Assembly (NCBI GenBank): GCA_945898195.1
Contig: CAMDHM010000003.1
Span: 45,845-109,844 of the forward strand
DNA: 64,000 bases
Reading direction: 5' to 3'
Source of the DNA: Pseudobacteriovorax antillogorgiicola
Lineage (GTDB): Bacteria; Bdellovibrionota_B; Oligoflexia; Oligoflexales; RGVZ01
A model generated the notes under the pieces. The model was not told where the DNA came from, ran no database searches, and saw only the letters and a list, made by a program, of their open reading frames with translations. Below are positions 1 through 9,199 of this stretch, in pieces. The first letter of the stretch is position 1. Each line of letters opens with the position of its first letter. The translations under genes were made by a program, and so were the position numbers.

Positions 1-135
1 TCAAAGGTCGACGAATCATCTGGGGATAAGTATTTTGATGAGCTGGCCTTTCAGGCATTGAAGGCATCCACGCCACTGCCGCCACCGCCAGAGGGATTGG
101 TCAATCAGAGGATTTTGCTGAAATTTTCGCCGTAA
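1..135 (+). CDS. 3' end of a TonB/TolA-family protein (C-terminal domain only; gene begins upstream of the window)
   Basis: Frame 1 is open from base 1 to TAA at 133-135. It reads ...GDKYFDELAFQALKASTPLPPPPEGLVNQRILLKFSP*, a typical end of a TonB_C/TolA C-terminal domain. It lies 10 nt upstream of tolB, the position tolA holds in tol operons. Confidence 0.55.
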   Translation, partial: SKVDESSGDKYFDELAFQALKASTPLPPPPEGLVNQRILLKFSP

Positions 136-145
136 GGATCTGAAT

Positions 146-1555
146 ATGCTTTCAAATTTCTTAAGATTTTGGTTTGCGGTCTGTGTTTGGCTGTCATCTT
201 CCCAAGTATGGGCTGTGATTGGCCAACCACTAATGGTCAATATCGATAATCCGAGTTTTAGAAAACTTAACGTGGCCATTCCAGAGTTTATGGTGGCGCC
301 ATCGGCCGACCAAGAAACCCGTGATGTCGGAAAGCGCGGCGCAGCCGAGTTGACGCGCCTTCTTAACTTTTCAGCCATGTTCAGTGTTCGCAGCAACGAA
401 GTTTTCGAGGAAGTTCTGAGGTCCAAAAATGTCATTAAATGGCAGCTTGGACAACAGAATCTTGAGGGTGTCGATATTCCTCAGTGGCGTGCGGTGGGAA
501 TCGAATCACTGACGTTGGGTGAAGTTCAGAACGATCAGGGAACGTGGACATTTACCATGCGTACCATTGATCTGGGCAAGGGTGAACTGCTCGTTGGTAA
601 ACGATACTCGAAGGTCCCCAAGGCTCAAATCACTGCCGTTATGCGTCGTTATGCGGATCAGATTATGAAGGCGTACACGGGGAAGTCCGGAATTTTTTCC
701 AGCCGCCTTGTATTTGTTGGGCGGCGAGCAAAAAGCGCTCCGAAGCAGATTTTTATCTCTGATTTTGACGGCTCCAACGTCCAGCAGATCACCAACGAGA
801 ATGCGCCTCACCTGAGCCCTGCTTGGAGTCGCGACGGCCGCTATGTGACCTATACCTCGTTCCAGGACGGACCAGCTGAAATTTTCAGTCACGACACAAA
901 AACCGGAAAAAAATTCAAGATGACCAGTGGGCCTGGGCTGAGCAGTGGCAGCAATTGGGGACCAAGCGACCGCGTCATCGCTTTTACTGGGGCACATAAT
1001 GGCAACTCAGAAATTTATGTGATGTCTCCACACGGACGAGATAGGAAAAGTTTAATTACGGGTGACGGCCTTGATGTTGATCCAACATTTTCCCCGGACG
1101 GAAAATGGATGGCTTTCGTTTCTGGGCGTTTTGGTAACCCCCATATTTTCCGGGCATCTCTCGAATGGACGGACGACAAGCTCCGCGTTACCGAAGACAA
1201 ACGCCTGACGTATGCGGGTTGGTATAATGCGACCCCAGCTTGGTCCCCTGAATCCGAAAAGTTAGCCTTTGCTGGTTACGACAAAGACATAAACCGCTTT
1301 GATATGTTCATGATGAATCCGGATGGTACGCAGCTCGAACGATTGACGCTGCGGGCGGGTGATAATGAGCGTCCAACCTGGGCGCCAAACGGGCAGTTGA
1401 TCGTTTTCCAGAGCAGCCGGGGACCGAATCTAGAAGACGTTAAGGGAACCCCTCACCTTTACATCATGAACCGCGATGGCAGCGGTCAGCGATTGCTCGA
1501 TACTGGAATTTTTGAAGCACAGCAACCGGCCTGGGGTCCTCAGGTCGAGGAATAA
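146..1555 (+). CDS. tolB: Tol-Pal system beta-propeller protein TolB
   Basis: 469 aa with an N-terminal signal peptide (FAVCVWLSSSQVWA). Repeated WD40-like PD40 blades are present (SPAWSRDGRYVTYTS, FSPDGKWMAFVSGRFGNPHIF, AWSPESEKLAFAG, WAPNGQLIVFQS), typical of TolB. Confidence 0.9.
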   Translation: MLSNFLRFWFAVCVWLSSSQVWAVIGQPLMVNIDNPSFRKLNVAIPEFMVAPSADQETRDVGKRGAAELTRLLNFSAMFSVRSNEVFEEVLRSKNVIKWQLGQQNLEGVDIPQWRAVGIESLTLGEVQNDQGTWTFTMRTIDLGKGELLVGKRYSKVPKAQITAVMRRYADQIMKAYTGKSGIFSSRLVFVGRRAKSAPKQIFISDFDGSNVQQITNENAPHLSPAWSRDGRYVTYTSFQDGPAEIFSHDTKTGKKFKMTSGPGLSSGSNWGPSDRVIAFTGAHNGNSEIYVMSPHGRDRKSLITGDGLDVDPTFSPDGKWMAFVSGRFGNPHIFRASLEWTDDKLRVTEDKRLTYAGWYNATPAWSPESEKLAFAGYDKDINRFDMFMMNPDGTQLERLTLRAGDNERPTWAPNGQLIVFQSSRGPNLEDVKGTPHLYIMNRDGSGQRLLDTGIFEAQQPAWGPQVEE

Positions 1556-1599
1556 AAAAGATTTCAAGAAGATTGATCTAAAATCAGAAAGTATGATTC

Positions 1600-1989
1600 A
1601 TGCGTCGTGTCGTGCCACGTGCATTATTCTTTGGAGCTGGCTGGCTGTTTGTCGTGATAGGCGTTATCGGTATTTTTTTGCCGCTGCTCCCGACAACTCC
1701 ATTTTTACTCCTTGCCGCGTGGTGTTTTTCAAAAAGCAGTGAGCGTTTTCACTCTTGGCTTATGAATCATCCAAGGCTAGGCCCACCAGTACGCGACTGG
1801 CAGGGCCACGGAGTGATCCGGCCGTCGGCAAAAATTCTGGCCACAGGCATGATGGGTGCTGCGATCTTGTTTCCGATGGTCCTGGTTAAGGTGCCTATTT
1901 GGGCTAAGTGGACAACAGTGGTGACGACGACCTGCGTCCTGTCCTTTATCTGGACGCGGCCCTCACGCCCATCGAAGAAAGGGCTTTGA
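1600..1989 (+). CDS. ybaN: DUF454/YbaN-family inner membrane protein
   Basis: 129 aa. GVIGIFLPLLPTTPFLLLAAWCFSKSSERFHSWL...HP is the hallmark N-terminal signature of YbaN/DUF454. Further TM helices follow. Confidence 0.75.
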   Translation: MRRVVPRALFFGAGWLFVVIGVIGIFLPLLPTTPFLLLAAWCFSKSSERFHSWLMNHPRLGPPVRDWQGHGVIRPSAKILATGMMGAAILFPMVLVKVPIWAKWTTVVTTTCVLSFIWTRPSRPSKKGL

Positions 1990-2572
1990 TCAGTTCTTCC
2001 GTGGTTTTGTAGGTAATTCCACGGATTCCGTGCCGGTGTGCAGCATCAATATTTTCTTGCACGTCATCAATAAAAACGCATTCGTGGGCTGCGCATTTCG
2101 CAACGGAAATTGCCTGGTGATAGATTTTTTCATCGGGCTTACAGGCGCCCACCTGATACGACAAGACTAGCTCATCAAAAATTTCGGGAAATTCATAGCG
2201 GGCTTTAATGTAGTCAAAGTGGTCTTCATTCACGTTGGAAAGAAGGATCATTCGATAGCCGGATTTTTTGATTCCTGCGGCAAGGCTTTCCATGTCTGGC
2301 TTTGCCCAGAATATGTCACATGCCGCATCGATCACCTTGCCACCGTCCAATTGACAATTGAGTCCAGCATCTAGTTCTTGCAAAAGGGTCGCCCGGGAAA
2401 TTTGTCCGGCCTCATATTGCATTTCCAGTCCGCTTGCAAAGAGCACCTTGAATACGTCGTCCGCAGATCGTTCCGCTAACGCTGCGATTTGCCGACACGC
2501 TTTTTCGTGGCTAAAATTAATCAGGACGTTGCCCATGTCAAAAATGACGGTTCGAATTGCGGTAGTTTCCAT
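1946..2572 (-). CDS. HAD-superfamily hydrolase (subfamily IA-like)
   Basis: HAD motif I is VIFDMGNVLI, with a later LLSN and a C-terminal FIDD motif. I chose the internal ATG at 2572 (METTAIRTVIFDMGNV) because the DxG motif normally sits within about 10 aa of the start. The ORF-track start at 2686 adds 38 non-homologous residues. Confidence 0.72.
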   Translation of the reverse strand: METTAIRTVIFDMGNVLINFSHEKACRQIAALAERSADDVFKVLFASGLEMQYEAGQISRATLLQELDAGLNCQLDGGKVIDAACDIFWAKPDMESLAAGIKKSGYRMILLSNVNEDHFDYIKARYEFPEIFDELVLSYQVGACKPDEKIYHQAISVAKCAAHECVFIDDVQENIDAAHRHGIRGITYKTTEELIKALSSMGVRAASR

Positions 2573-2790
2573 GACGTTATGATCCCTATATTTTATGGTT
2601 GGATGTTTATCCTCTGAGCTTGGTTTGAACAAGAGATTCCATGCCCAATCCGACGTGTCTTTAGTGGCAACTAATGTAGGCTCCAAGTTCTTCTGAATAT
2701 CTATTTTTGAATTTCTAATTAGGGTAGTCGTTGGGTTTGTTTAGGTCAATTTTGTGGTCGATTTCGCTGGTCCTTAGAGGGGGCAGTTTT

Positions 2791-4476
2791 ATGCCGATTA
2801 AAAATAGCGCTCGAACGTTGACTAAACGGCGCCGTGCGTCGGTCGTGGTCTGCCAGCAGGAATGCTTGCTGGGTGTTAAGTTGCGCGATCCGGTGTCGGG
2901 TCAGGTTCGGGTCTATTTGCCAGGAGGTAAGATCGAAAGGGGCGAGCGTCCCGCGACTGCGGCTCGGCGTGAATGCTTAGAGGAAACAGGATTTCGAGTC
3001 GTCGTCGCCGCTAATAAATTTACCCACCATAAAGTTCTACGATATCCGTTTTTTTGGGCAGGGCAGGTTGTGGATTGCACCACTGATTTTTTTTGCGGAA
3101 CGCTGAAAGATCCGGATTGCCAGCCGGATCCAATTAGCGATGATCCAGTTTTAAATTTAGGCGCGGTCTGGATTCCATTTAGCGAGGTGCGAGAAGTTTT
3201 TGGGTATCATCAAGGAATGCTTGATGTGATTTTGCAGTTCATCGATCCGGCCGTGTTGCCTCCCGAAAAATCAGTTTTATGTGCATTCTCTGCATTCAAG
3301 GGGACGATGTCCGCGGTCCAGGCTTGTGTGGCAGCCGCAGATTCCGTGCGCGCCGCCGGTTGGTCGGCCACGGAACTGCCCCTCGCGGATGGCGGCCGTG
3401 GTTCTCGTGATTTGTGGACCATTGGGATGAATCGCAATGGGGTATCAAGCCGAATATTAGATGTTCAAACGGTGGATCCTTTAGGGCGTCCGACCGTCGC
3501 CCGAGTGGGGATGAGTGATCGTGGTGGCGAAGTTTTTATTGAGTCGGCGGATTGCCTTGGTATGCATCTCATCGGCCCGCCGAGTCCGGCGACAGCCATG
3601 GTTGCGTCAAGCCGTGGGCTTGGCCTGTTGCTGCGTGACCTTTCGCGGCGCTTGCCAGCAGGGGCCGCAGTCAATATTGGTCTCGGCGATTCTGCCGTCA
3701 GTGATTGTGGTGTTGGACTGCTGCTGGCCCTCGGCTTCAAAATCCTTATTCTCGGTGAAGATCAGGTAGAGCCGATTGATGAATCTGCATTCAACTCCGC
3801 ACTTCTTGAGCGCGTTGTAGAAATTCAGGAGCCATCATCAGGAACGGATGCGCATCGTGATCTTATTGCGCTGAAAAATTTCAAGTGGACGGTTTTATGT
3901 GACGTAAACCATGCTCTTTCCGGCGCTGGTAAGGGCACATTGGGGGCGGCAAGGGTTTTCGCACCACAAAAAGGCGCACTTTTTGCGCAAGTGGAGTCCC
4001 TCGACAGGGGATTCAAGGAGATGGCACAAATTTTCGATGATTTCGATGATTTCGATGATTTCGATGATAGCGCTAGTGGCGCGGTCCCTTGGCGCAAAGC
4101 GAAGCATGGGGGGGCAAGTGGTGGTGTCGCTGCAGCGTTGGGCTGTGTGTTTGATGCCCAACTTGTAAGTGGAGCGGAGTGGTTGCTGGAGTCCACGGGG
4201 TTTGATGAGTTGCTGGCAACGCATCGCCTTGTCTTGACGGGCGAAGGGTCATCAGATGCCCAATCGATTGGTGGTAAGGCAGCCTTTGTGTGCGCACATC
4301 GTGCGATGCTTGCTGGTGTCAGGACGGAGATTATTTCGGGGTGTGTGAACTTGGGTAGGTGGCCTGCTTGGATGAAGCAGTTTTTGGGTGACGCGGTCGC
4401 GTCTGGTCGTGAGCCAGACGCCGTAGCGGCATTGAAGGAGGCAATTGACTTTAAGCTCCGAAATCGTAGTACGTGA
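2791..4476 (+). CDS. Fusion protein: N-terminal Nudix hydrolase domain + C-terminal glycerate kinase (GlxK/GarK family) domain
   Basis: A perfect Nudix box is present: GKIERGERPATAARRECLEETGF (Gx5Ex7REUxEExGU). Downstream glycerate-kinase signatures are SAFKGTMSA, LADGGRGSRD and LTGEGSSDAQSIGGKA. The start was set at ATG 2791, preceded by AGAGGGGG; the ORF-track TTG at 2731 is also possible. Confidence 0.65.
   Translation: MPIKNSARTLTKRRRASVVVCQQECLLGVKLRDPVSGQVRVYLPGGKIERGERPATAARRECLEETGFRVVVAANKFTHHKVLRYPFFWAGQVVDCTTDFFCGTLKDPDCQPDPISDDPVLNLGAVWIPFSEVREVFGYHQGMLDVILQFIDPAVLPPEKSVLCAFSAFKGTMSAVQACVAAADSVRAAGWSATELPLADGGRGSRDLWTIGMNRNGVSSRILDVQTVDPLGRPTVARVGMSDRGGEVFIESADCLGMHLIGPPSPATAMVASSRGLGLLLRDLSRRLPAGAAVNIGLGDSAVSDCGVGLLLALGFKILILGEDQVEPIDESAFNSALLERVVEIQEPSSGTDAHRDLIALKNFKWTVLCDVNHALSGAGKGTLGAARVFAPQKGALFAQVESLDRGFKEMAQIFDDFDDFDDFDDSASGAVPWRKAKHGGASGGVAAALGCVFDAQLVSGAEWLLESTGFDELLATHRLVLTGEGSSDAQSIGGKAAFVCAHRAMLAGVRTEIISGCVNLGRWPAWMKQFLGDAVASGREPDAVAALKEAIDFKLRNRST
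4033..4068. repeat. Perfect 4 x 9-bp tandem repeat (ttcgatgat)4, in frame, encoding (FDD)4 inside the glycerate-kinase domain
   Basis: Read directly from the sequence: ttcgatgat at 4033-4041, 4042-4050, 4051-4059 and 4060-4068. Confidence 0.95.
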
Positions 4477-5080
4477 CAGCAACGCGTTTGAGGTCACGGC
4501 TGACCATGAGCGACACCATCACGTCGACGCTGTAGTAGTCGTCTGTGATGCTCACTTCGAAATAATCGTGGCCGAGCCAGGATTCTGGTGCGTTGCCGAT
4601 CAAAAGGCTGTCTTTTGATAGTTGATGGTAATCCGAAGCGTTCGGGTCGAGTGCTGTAATGAGGGATTTGGCGAATGCGCTGTAACGTTTATCGGAATGT
4701 TTTTTCAATAAATATTTAGCGCAACTGTTGATGCCTTCAGCCGGGATACTTTCATTGGCACTACACCAATTCTTTAACGAGATTTCTCTCGTGGGCTCCA
4801 GCTTGCTAATCAATCCGCGAATGACGTCGAGTTTGCTGTGAGCCTCCTCGACAGAATAAAATTCAATACCGGAAACTCCCATGTAATCCATGTCTTCACG
4901 GGTCACTGCGTAAACGCGGGCGCGAGCCCCTTCGACCTCGGTTGGAACTTCGACGGTAGTAAATTCAGCACCGGCATCGGCATGGGCGATTTTGGTTCCG
5001 ATCAGAGCGCCGGTGATTGGTAAAAGAATGACGATGGCTGCGCGAAACAGAGAGGCGGTAGCGAAACGGGGCATGGGCAA
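4451..5080 (-). CDS. Hypothetical secreted protein
   Basis: 209-aa ORF with an N-terminal signal peptide (ASLFRAAIVILLPITGALIGTKIAHA/DA). No recognisable family motif. Its 3' end overlaps the convergent Nudix-GK gene by 26 nt. Confidence 0.5.
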   Translation of the reverse strand: MPMPRFATASLFRAAIVILLPITGALIGTKIAHADAGAEFTTVEVPTEVEGARARVYAVTREDMDYMGVSGIEFYSVEEAHSKLDVIRGLISKLEPTREISLKNWCSANESIPAEGINSCAKYLLKKHSDKRYSAFAKSLITALDPNASDYHQLSKDSLLIGNAPESWLGHDYFEVSITDDYYSVDVMVSLMVSRDLKRVAVTYYDFGA

Positions 5081-5110
5081 AATCCTTACGTGTAACCTTG
5101 CTGGAAACGG

Positions 5111-6319
5111 TTAATAGGCCGCAAACCTCTTGGTGGGCAGGCCTTTCAAGGATATCCATACAATTAAGCAGGCAGTAAGCGCAAGGGCTCCGCCGGTGCA
5201 AAAAGCCACAGCGACCCCGTAAGTCTGAAAAAGCCAACCAAAAAGGAGGCTTGCGGGCAATGCTGCCATACCAGTCACGAAATAAAAAAGGCCGAAGGCC
5301 GTGCCCCGTAATTCAATGGGGGCAAGGCTGGCAACCAGAGCGCGCTCGGCTGGCTCGGCAAACCCAAAGTGCAGTCCATAAAGCAAAAACAAGGTGATGA
5401 TGGCTGTATGGTCCGTTGCCAGTCCGTAAGCCGCGAAAATAACAGCGTACCAAAGCCAACCGGCGACCATCATGCGGCTAGCTCCTAAGCGGTCTGACAT
5501 TGGGCCGCCAACCCAAGTCGCAGCAACTTTGACCAGGTGCAGTGCTGCCCAAGCCAAGGCCGAGTAACCAGGAGAAATGCCCGCGTCATTTAGACGCAGG
5601 ATAAGAAATGCGTCACTTGAATTTCCCAGGGTGAAAACAAAAATCGCAAACAAAAGGATTTTCAGTTCTCGTGGCAAGCGAAGCCAGTCGGTGCGCAGAT
5701 TTTTAAGACTTAGGGCCTTTCCATTTGCCAACTGTGCTGCTTTACGGGGCACTTCGTGGACAAAGGCAAACAATACGATGAGGGATATTATGGCGGGAAT
5801 TGCCGCGATTAGAAAAATATCCCTGTAGCCAAGACCAAGTGTAAGCAAGCAAAAACTGGCTGAGAGTGGCCCGATAACGGCCCCAGTATGGTCCAAGGCC
5901 CGGTGCACCCCGTATGCCGCTCCGCGGTTTTCTGGTGCCGTGGAGTCAGCCAGTAACGCATCTCGCGGTGCAGATCGAATGCCCTTGCCAACCCGGTCGG
6001 TAAATCTCACGGCAAGGATAAACGGCCAAGTTTGGGCAAAGGCAACCAATGGACGCACGATCGCTGCAATACCGTATCCTGCAATCACGAGCGGCTTACG
6101 CCGCGGCATGCGATCGGCGAAAGATCCTGAGGCGACTTTGAGCAATGCCGAGGTCGATTCGGCTAGGCCCTCTATCAGGCCCAGTGCGGCAGGCGTGGCC
6201 CCGAGGACTTGAGTCAAAAATGCCGGAAGGAGCGGGTAAATCATTTCCGAGGAGGCGTCGGTCAGCAGGCTGACAATACCAAGGGCAATCACAATCGACG
6301 GGATTTTTGCGTTTTTCAT
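5111..6319 (-). CDS. MFS transporter
   Basis: 402 aa, about 12 hydrophobic helices. An MFS loop 2-3 motif is present (GSFADRMPRRKPL, D-R-x-G-R-R type), with a repeated half-structure. Confidence 0.8.
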   Translation of the reverse strand: MKNAKIPSIVIALGIVSLLTDASSEMIYPLLPAFLTQVLGATPAALGLIEGLAESTSALLKVASGSFADRMPRRKPLVIAGYGIAAIVRPLVAFAQTWPFILAVRFTDRVGKGIRSAPRDALLADSTAPENRGAAYGVHRALDHTGAVIGPLSASFCLLTLGLGYRDIFLIAAIPAIISLIVLFAFVHEVPRKAAQLANGKALSLKNLRTDWLRLPRELKILLFAIFVFTLGNSSDAFLILRLNDAGISPGYSALAWAALHLVKVAATWVGGPMSDRLGASRMMVAGWLWYAVIFAAYGLATDHTAIITLFLLYGLHFGFAEPAERALVASLAPIELRGTAFGLFYFVTGMAALPASLLFGWLFQTYGVAVAFCTGGALALTACLIVWISLKGLPTKRFAAY

Positions 6320-6352
6320 CCGAGTCGTAGGGCCATCGTAGGGGAGTTCCTT

Positions 6353-7417
6353 TTAGGGCAAGGCTGCCTGAATGGAGGACGCCAGGGTATTCCACGGCAG
6401 GTTGCTTTCATCGTCACTGTTTCGTGCAGCCGGCGTGCCTTCATCGCTGCGGATGCGAATTTCTTTGCGCAACGGAATGCGGGCAAGGAGTTTCAGCTGG
6501 CGTACTTTTAGAAATTCTTGAAAGGCTTCATGACCGAAAATGTGTTCCTCGTGACCACAGCCCGGACAGGTAAACCATGCCATATTTTCTACAGCACCCA
6601 GCACCGGAACGGATAGCTTTTCGAACATGGACAAAGCCTTGTGGGCATCGACCAAAGCAACATCTTGAGGCGTTGTAACGATGATAGCGCCGGCAACGGG
6701 CAGTCGCTCCGCAAAAGTCATCTGAACATCACCAGTACCAGGCGGCATGTCGACGATCAAATAGTCGAGTTCACCCCACTCAACGTCGTAAAAAAATTGC
6801 TCAAGGGCCTTGGAAACCATCGGTCCTCGCCAAATGACCGGCTGGGTCGGGTCAGTCAGAAATCCAAAAGAAACAACCTTCACACCGTGGCCTTCAAGTG
6901 GAAGTAGTTTGCTTCCCGAGGTCACCGGCATGCTGCCAGTCAAGCCAAGCAGGATTTGAGCCGACGGCCCGTAAACATCGGCATCCAGTAGACCAACCCT
7001 GTGCTCTTTGGCGAGGGCCACGGCCAGATTTGCGCTGACCGTGCTTTTTCCAACGCCACCTTTGCCCGAGGCCACAAGCACGACATGCTTAACGCCTGGT
7101 ATGGCTCGACGCGCAAACCGGACCCCGAATGGACCAGTCTTGGATCGAGTTGCCGGGGGCGCAGGACGGCTTGCCGTAGGCGCATTGTCAGAACGTCGAA
7201 AATAAATGACGGGATGTACATCTAGCGGAATATGGCCTTGAGAACGGGCCTTTTCCAGTGCCGTGATGACGATCTTTTCGACGGCCATTTTTTCATTAAG
7301 ATCAAGGCCTTGCGAGTCAAAGATCGCCCGAATACCGTCCATCCCGTTAAAGCATGCGGGGCTGCGTCCAGCGCCCGAAAGGGCTTCTCTGATGATGGAT
7401 GTCAGTTTCTGTTCCAA
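6353..7417 (-). CDS. apbC: Mrp/ApbC/NBP35-family Fe-S cluster carrier ATPase
   Basis: Deviant Walker A VASGKGGVGKSTVSANLA, MinD/ParA-type switch regions, a CPGCG motif (WFTCPGCGHEEHIFG) and DYLIVDMPPGTGD. Confidence 0.9.
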   Translation of the reverse strand: MEQKLTSIIREALSGAGRSPACFNGMDGIRAIFDSQGLDLNEKMAVEKIVITALEKARSQGHIPLDVHPVIYFRRSDNAPTASRPAPPATRSKTGPFGVRFARRAIPGVKHVVLVASGKGGVGKSTVSANLAVALAKEHRVGLLDADVYGPSAQILLGLTGSMPVTSGSKLLPLEGHGVKVVSFGFLTDPTQPVIWRGPMVSKALEQFFYDVEWGELDYLIVDMPPGTGDVQMTFAERLPVAGAIIVTTPQDVALVDAHKALSMFEKLSVPVLGAVENMAWFTCPGCGHEEHIFGHEAFQEFLKVRQLKLLARIPLRKEIRIRSDEGTPAARNSDDESNLPWNTLASSIQAALP

Positions 7418-7486
7418 AGGTGGCTGTTCCCCGAGTTTCTGGAGTCCGCCGAAATTTTGCGGAGCTCGTCGGGATTATCAGGACTT

Positions 7487-8902
7487 TCAGCGCGCGGCAA
7501 GGGGGTGGCGCTCTTTCCACCAACCGGAGGAAACTTCGTGGAGGTGTGAAAAATTCTCGCCCACAGAGGTCAGTGCGGGATCGGCCGTTGCCCCTAAGTT
7601 TGGTGAGAGGCTTGATATAACCCGGCGCAGGGCATCGGAGTCCCTATTTTCCAGGGTCATGACAAGATACAAACTCTGACGGTAAATCGAACCAGCCGCT
7701 GCTGCACCAAACGTCATGTACGACGCGCTAAAATCGGCAGCCGGAAAAAACGGTGCAGGTTTGATCGGAAAGGGAAATACGCCCCCTGAAGCCATCTCAC
7801 CGATCCTTTGGGCCAAACCCTCCTCAAGCCACGGGGGCAGGGCCCGTCCGCCGGTCATGTTTGAATTCAAAGCATGGACCAGCTCATGGCGCAGGACCTG
7901 GGAGATAATGCCGGTACCGCCACCGGCTCGGCTACGGATTGGAATTCGCATGCGCCCGTCAAAAATCCCCTCGGCCCAGTCGGGAACGCCACCAAGAACC
8001 CACGAAAATTTTTCCGTGGGATAGAGGATCACTTCGAGCGGTGTTGCAGGTTCCTTGTAGCCATATTTTTCGGTGAACTCGTCGAGGCTGGACTCCAGAA
8101 TTTGAGCAGCCTGAGCCGCGAGGCCTTCATGCTCGCCCGTCCGATAGGAAATCGTGAAGTGTGGGGTTCGTTGGACCTGTTGCAAGTCACCCTCACCCGC
8201 ACGGCGACGCATCACCTCCAGGCGTTTGGCGACATCTCCAGTTGGATTCCCTTCTTCGAGGGTCTGCACGGCTTCAGAAAATCGACCATCGCTCTCGTAC
8301 AAATCGGCCAGCAGCATTCGGGATTCTTGGTCTCCGGCATTGGCTTTGATGGCCTCTCGCAAATTTTCTTCAGCGCCGCCCGGTTGTCCGGATTTCTTTA
8401 AACAAAATCCCAAGCCGCGGCGGATGTCGGCCTGCATGGGCCCAGGAGAATTTAAATCTTTTGCCATTGACGCTGCACGGCGCAAGGACTCAATGGCTTT
8501 ATCGCAATCGCCGGTGGCGATTGCGGCCCAACCATCGCTTGCCAAGACGACCGGAAGTTGGACGGCAAGCCAGTGGCGAAAGTCTTGGCTAATCGCCTGA
8601 TTTGCAAGGATTTTCTCGATCAAGGCCAGGGCTTTGCCATAGGCACCAGTGGTGAACAAGACGCGAAGTTGCTGCGCGCTTTCAATTTCCTGTGGGTCAG
8701 AAAATCCGAAGGCATCAGCAAGATTTGCAGTGGTTGAGTTTTTCGGCGGACTTGGATTTGGGGGCATTGCTGCCGTATCGAAACTTTTTGCTGATTTCTG
8801 AATGGAGCCTTCTGGACCTCGAATACCACGCAAGATTGCGGCGCCGCCTGCAGTGATCAGGAGTGCTCCGCTGGCCATCATCATCACTTTAGAGAAGTTC
8901 AT
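7487..8902 (-). CDS. Membrane-anchored TPR-repeat protein with a C-terminal gluzincin-like (HExxH ... EEGLA) domain
   Basis: 471 aa. N-terminal TM/signal segment (MMMASGALLITAGGAAIL), central TPR-like helices, then LRHELVHAL followed by WLEEGLAQ, the peptidase-MA-like arrangement. Confidence 0.55.
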   Translation of the reverse strand: MNFSKVMMMASGALLITAGGAAILRGIRGPEGSIQKSAKSFDTAAMPPNPSPPKNSTTANLADAFGFSDPQEIESAQQLRVLFTTGAYGKALALIEKILANQAISQDFRHWLAVQLPVVLASDGWAAIATGDCDKAIESLRRAASMAKDLNSPGPMQADIRRGLGFCLKKSGQPGGAEENLREAIKANAGDQESRMLLADLYESDGRFSEAVQTLEEGNPTGDVAKRLEVMRRRAGEGDLQQVQRTPHFTISYRTGEHEGLAAQAAQILESSLDEFTEKYGYKEPATPLEVILYPTEKFSWVLGGVPDWAEGIFDGRMRIPIRSRAGGGTGIISQVLRHELVHALNSNMTGGRALPPWLEEGLAQRIGEMASGGVFPFPIKPAPFFPAADFSASYMTFGAAAAGSIYRQSLYLVMTLENRDSDALRRVISSLSPNLGATADPALTSVGENFSHLHEVSSGWWKERHPLAAR

Positions 8903-9164
8903 TCATCTTTCCAGAATCATGCAACGCTTTGAGGTCGGTGAACCCGCCGACAAAATGGTCGCCGATAAAAATCATGGGCACCGTCCGCCAGCCGTTGTTT
9001 TCGCTGCTAAGCCTTGCGCGCAGGTCTGGATTTTCCTCAAGGTTGATCTCGGAGAAAGGCAGGCCGAGGCCTGTCAGAAACTTTTTGGCATTGATGCAGT
9101 AGGGGCAGTAATTGGTCGTGTAAACCCGAATCTCTTTGTTGGTCGTCCGCTTATCGGAAGGCAT
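8889..9164 (-). CDS. grxC: Glutaredoxin (GrxC-like)
   Basis: 91 aa with active site YCPYC (VYTTNYCPYCINAKKFL). TVPMIFIGDHFVGGFTDL matches the TVPxxFI...GG glutathione-binding region. Confidence 0.85.
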   Translation of the reverse strand: MPSDKRTTNKEIRVYTTNYCPYCINAKKFLTGLGLPFSEINLEENPDLRARLSSENNGWRTVPMIFIGDHFVGGFTDLKALHDSGKMNELL

Positions 9165-9199
9165 GGTGTTGACTCCGGGATTTTTGGTGGGGGTTAGGT

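Noticed and set aside
9165-9199. A tmRNA (ssrA) gene adjacent to smpB.
   Set aside because: The flanks of smpB are only 35 nt and 1 nt long. No tag-reading-frame-like or tRNA-Ala-like acceptor sequence (…GGTTCGA…CCA) was seen anywhere in the intergenic regions of the window.
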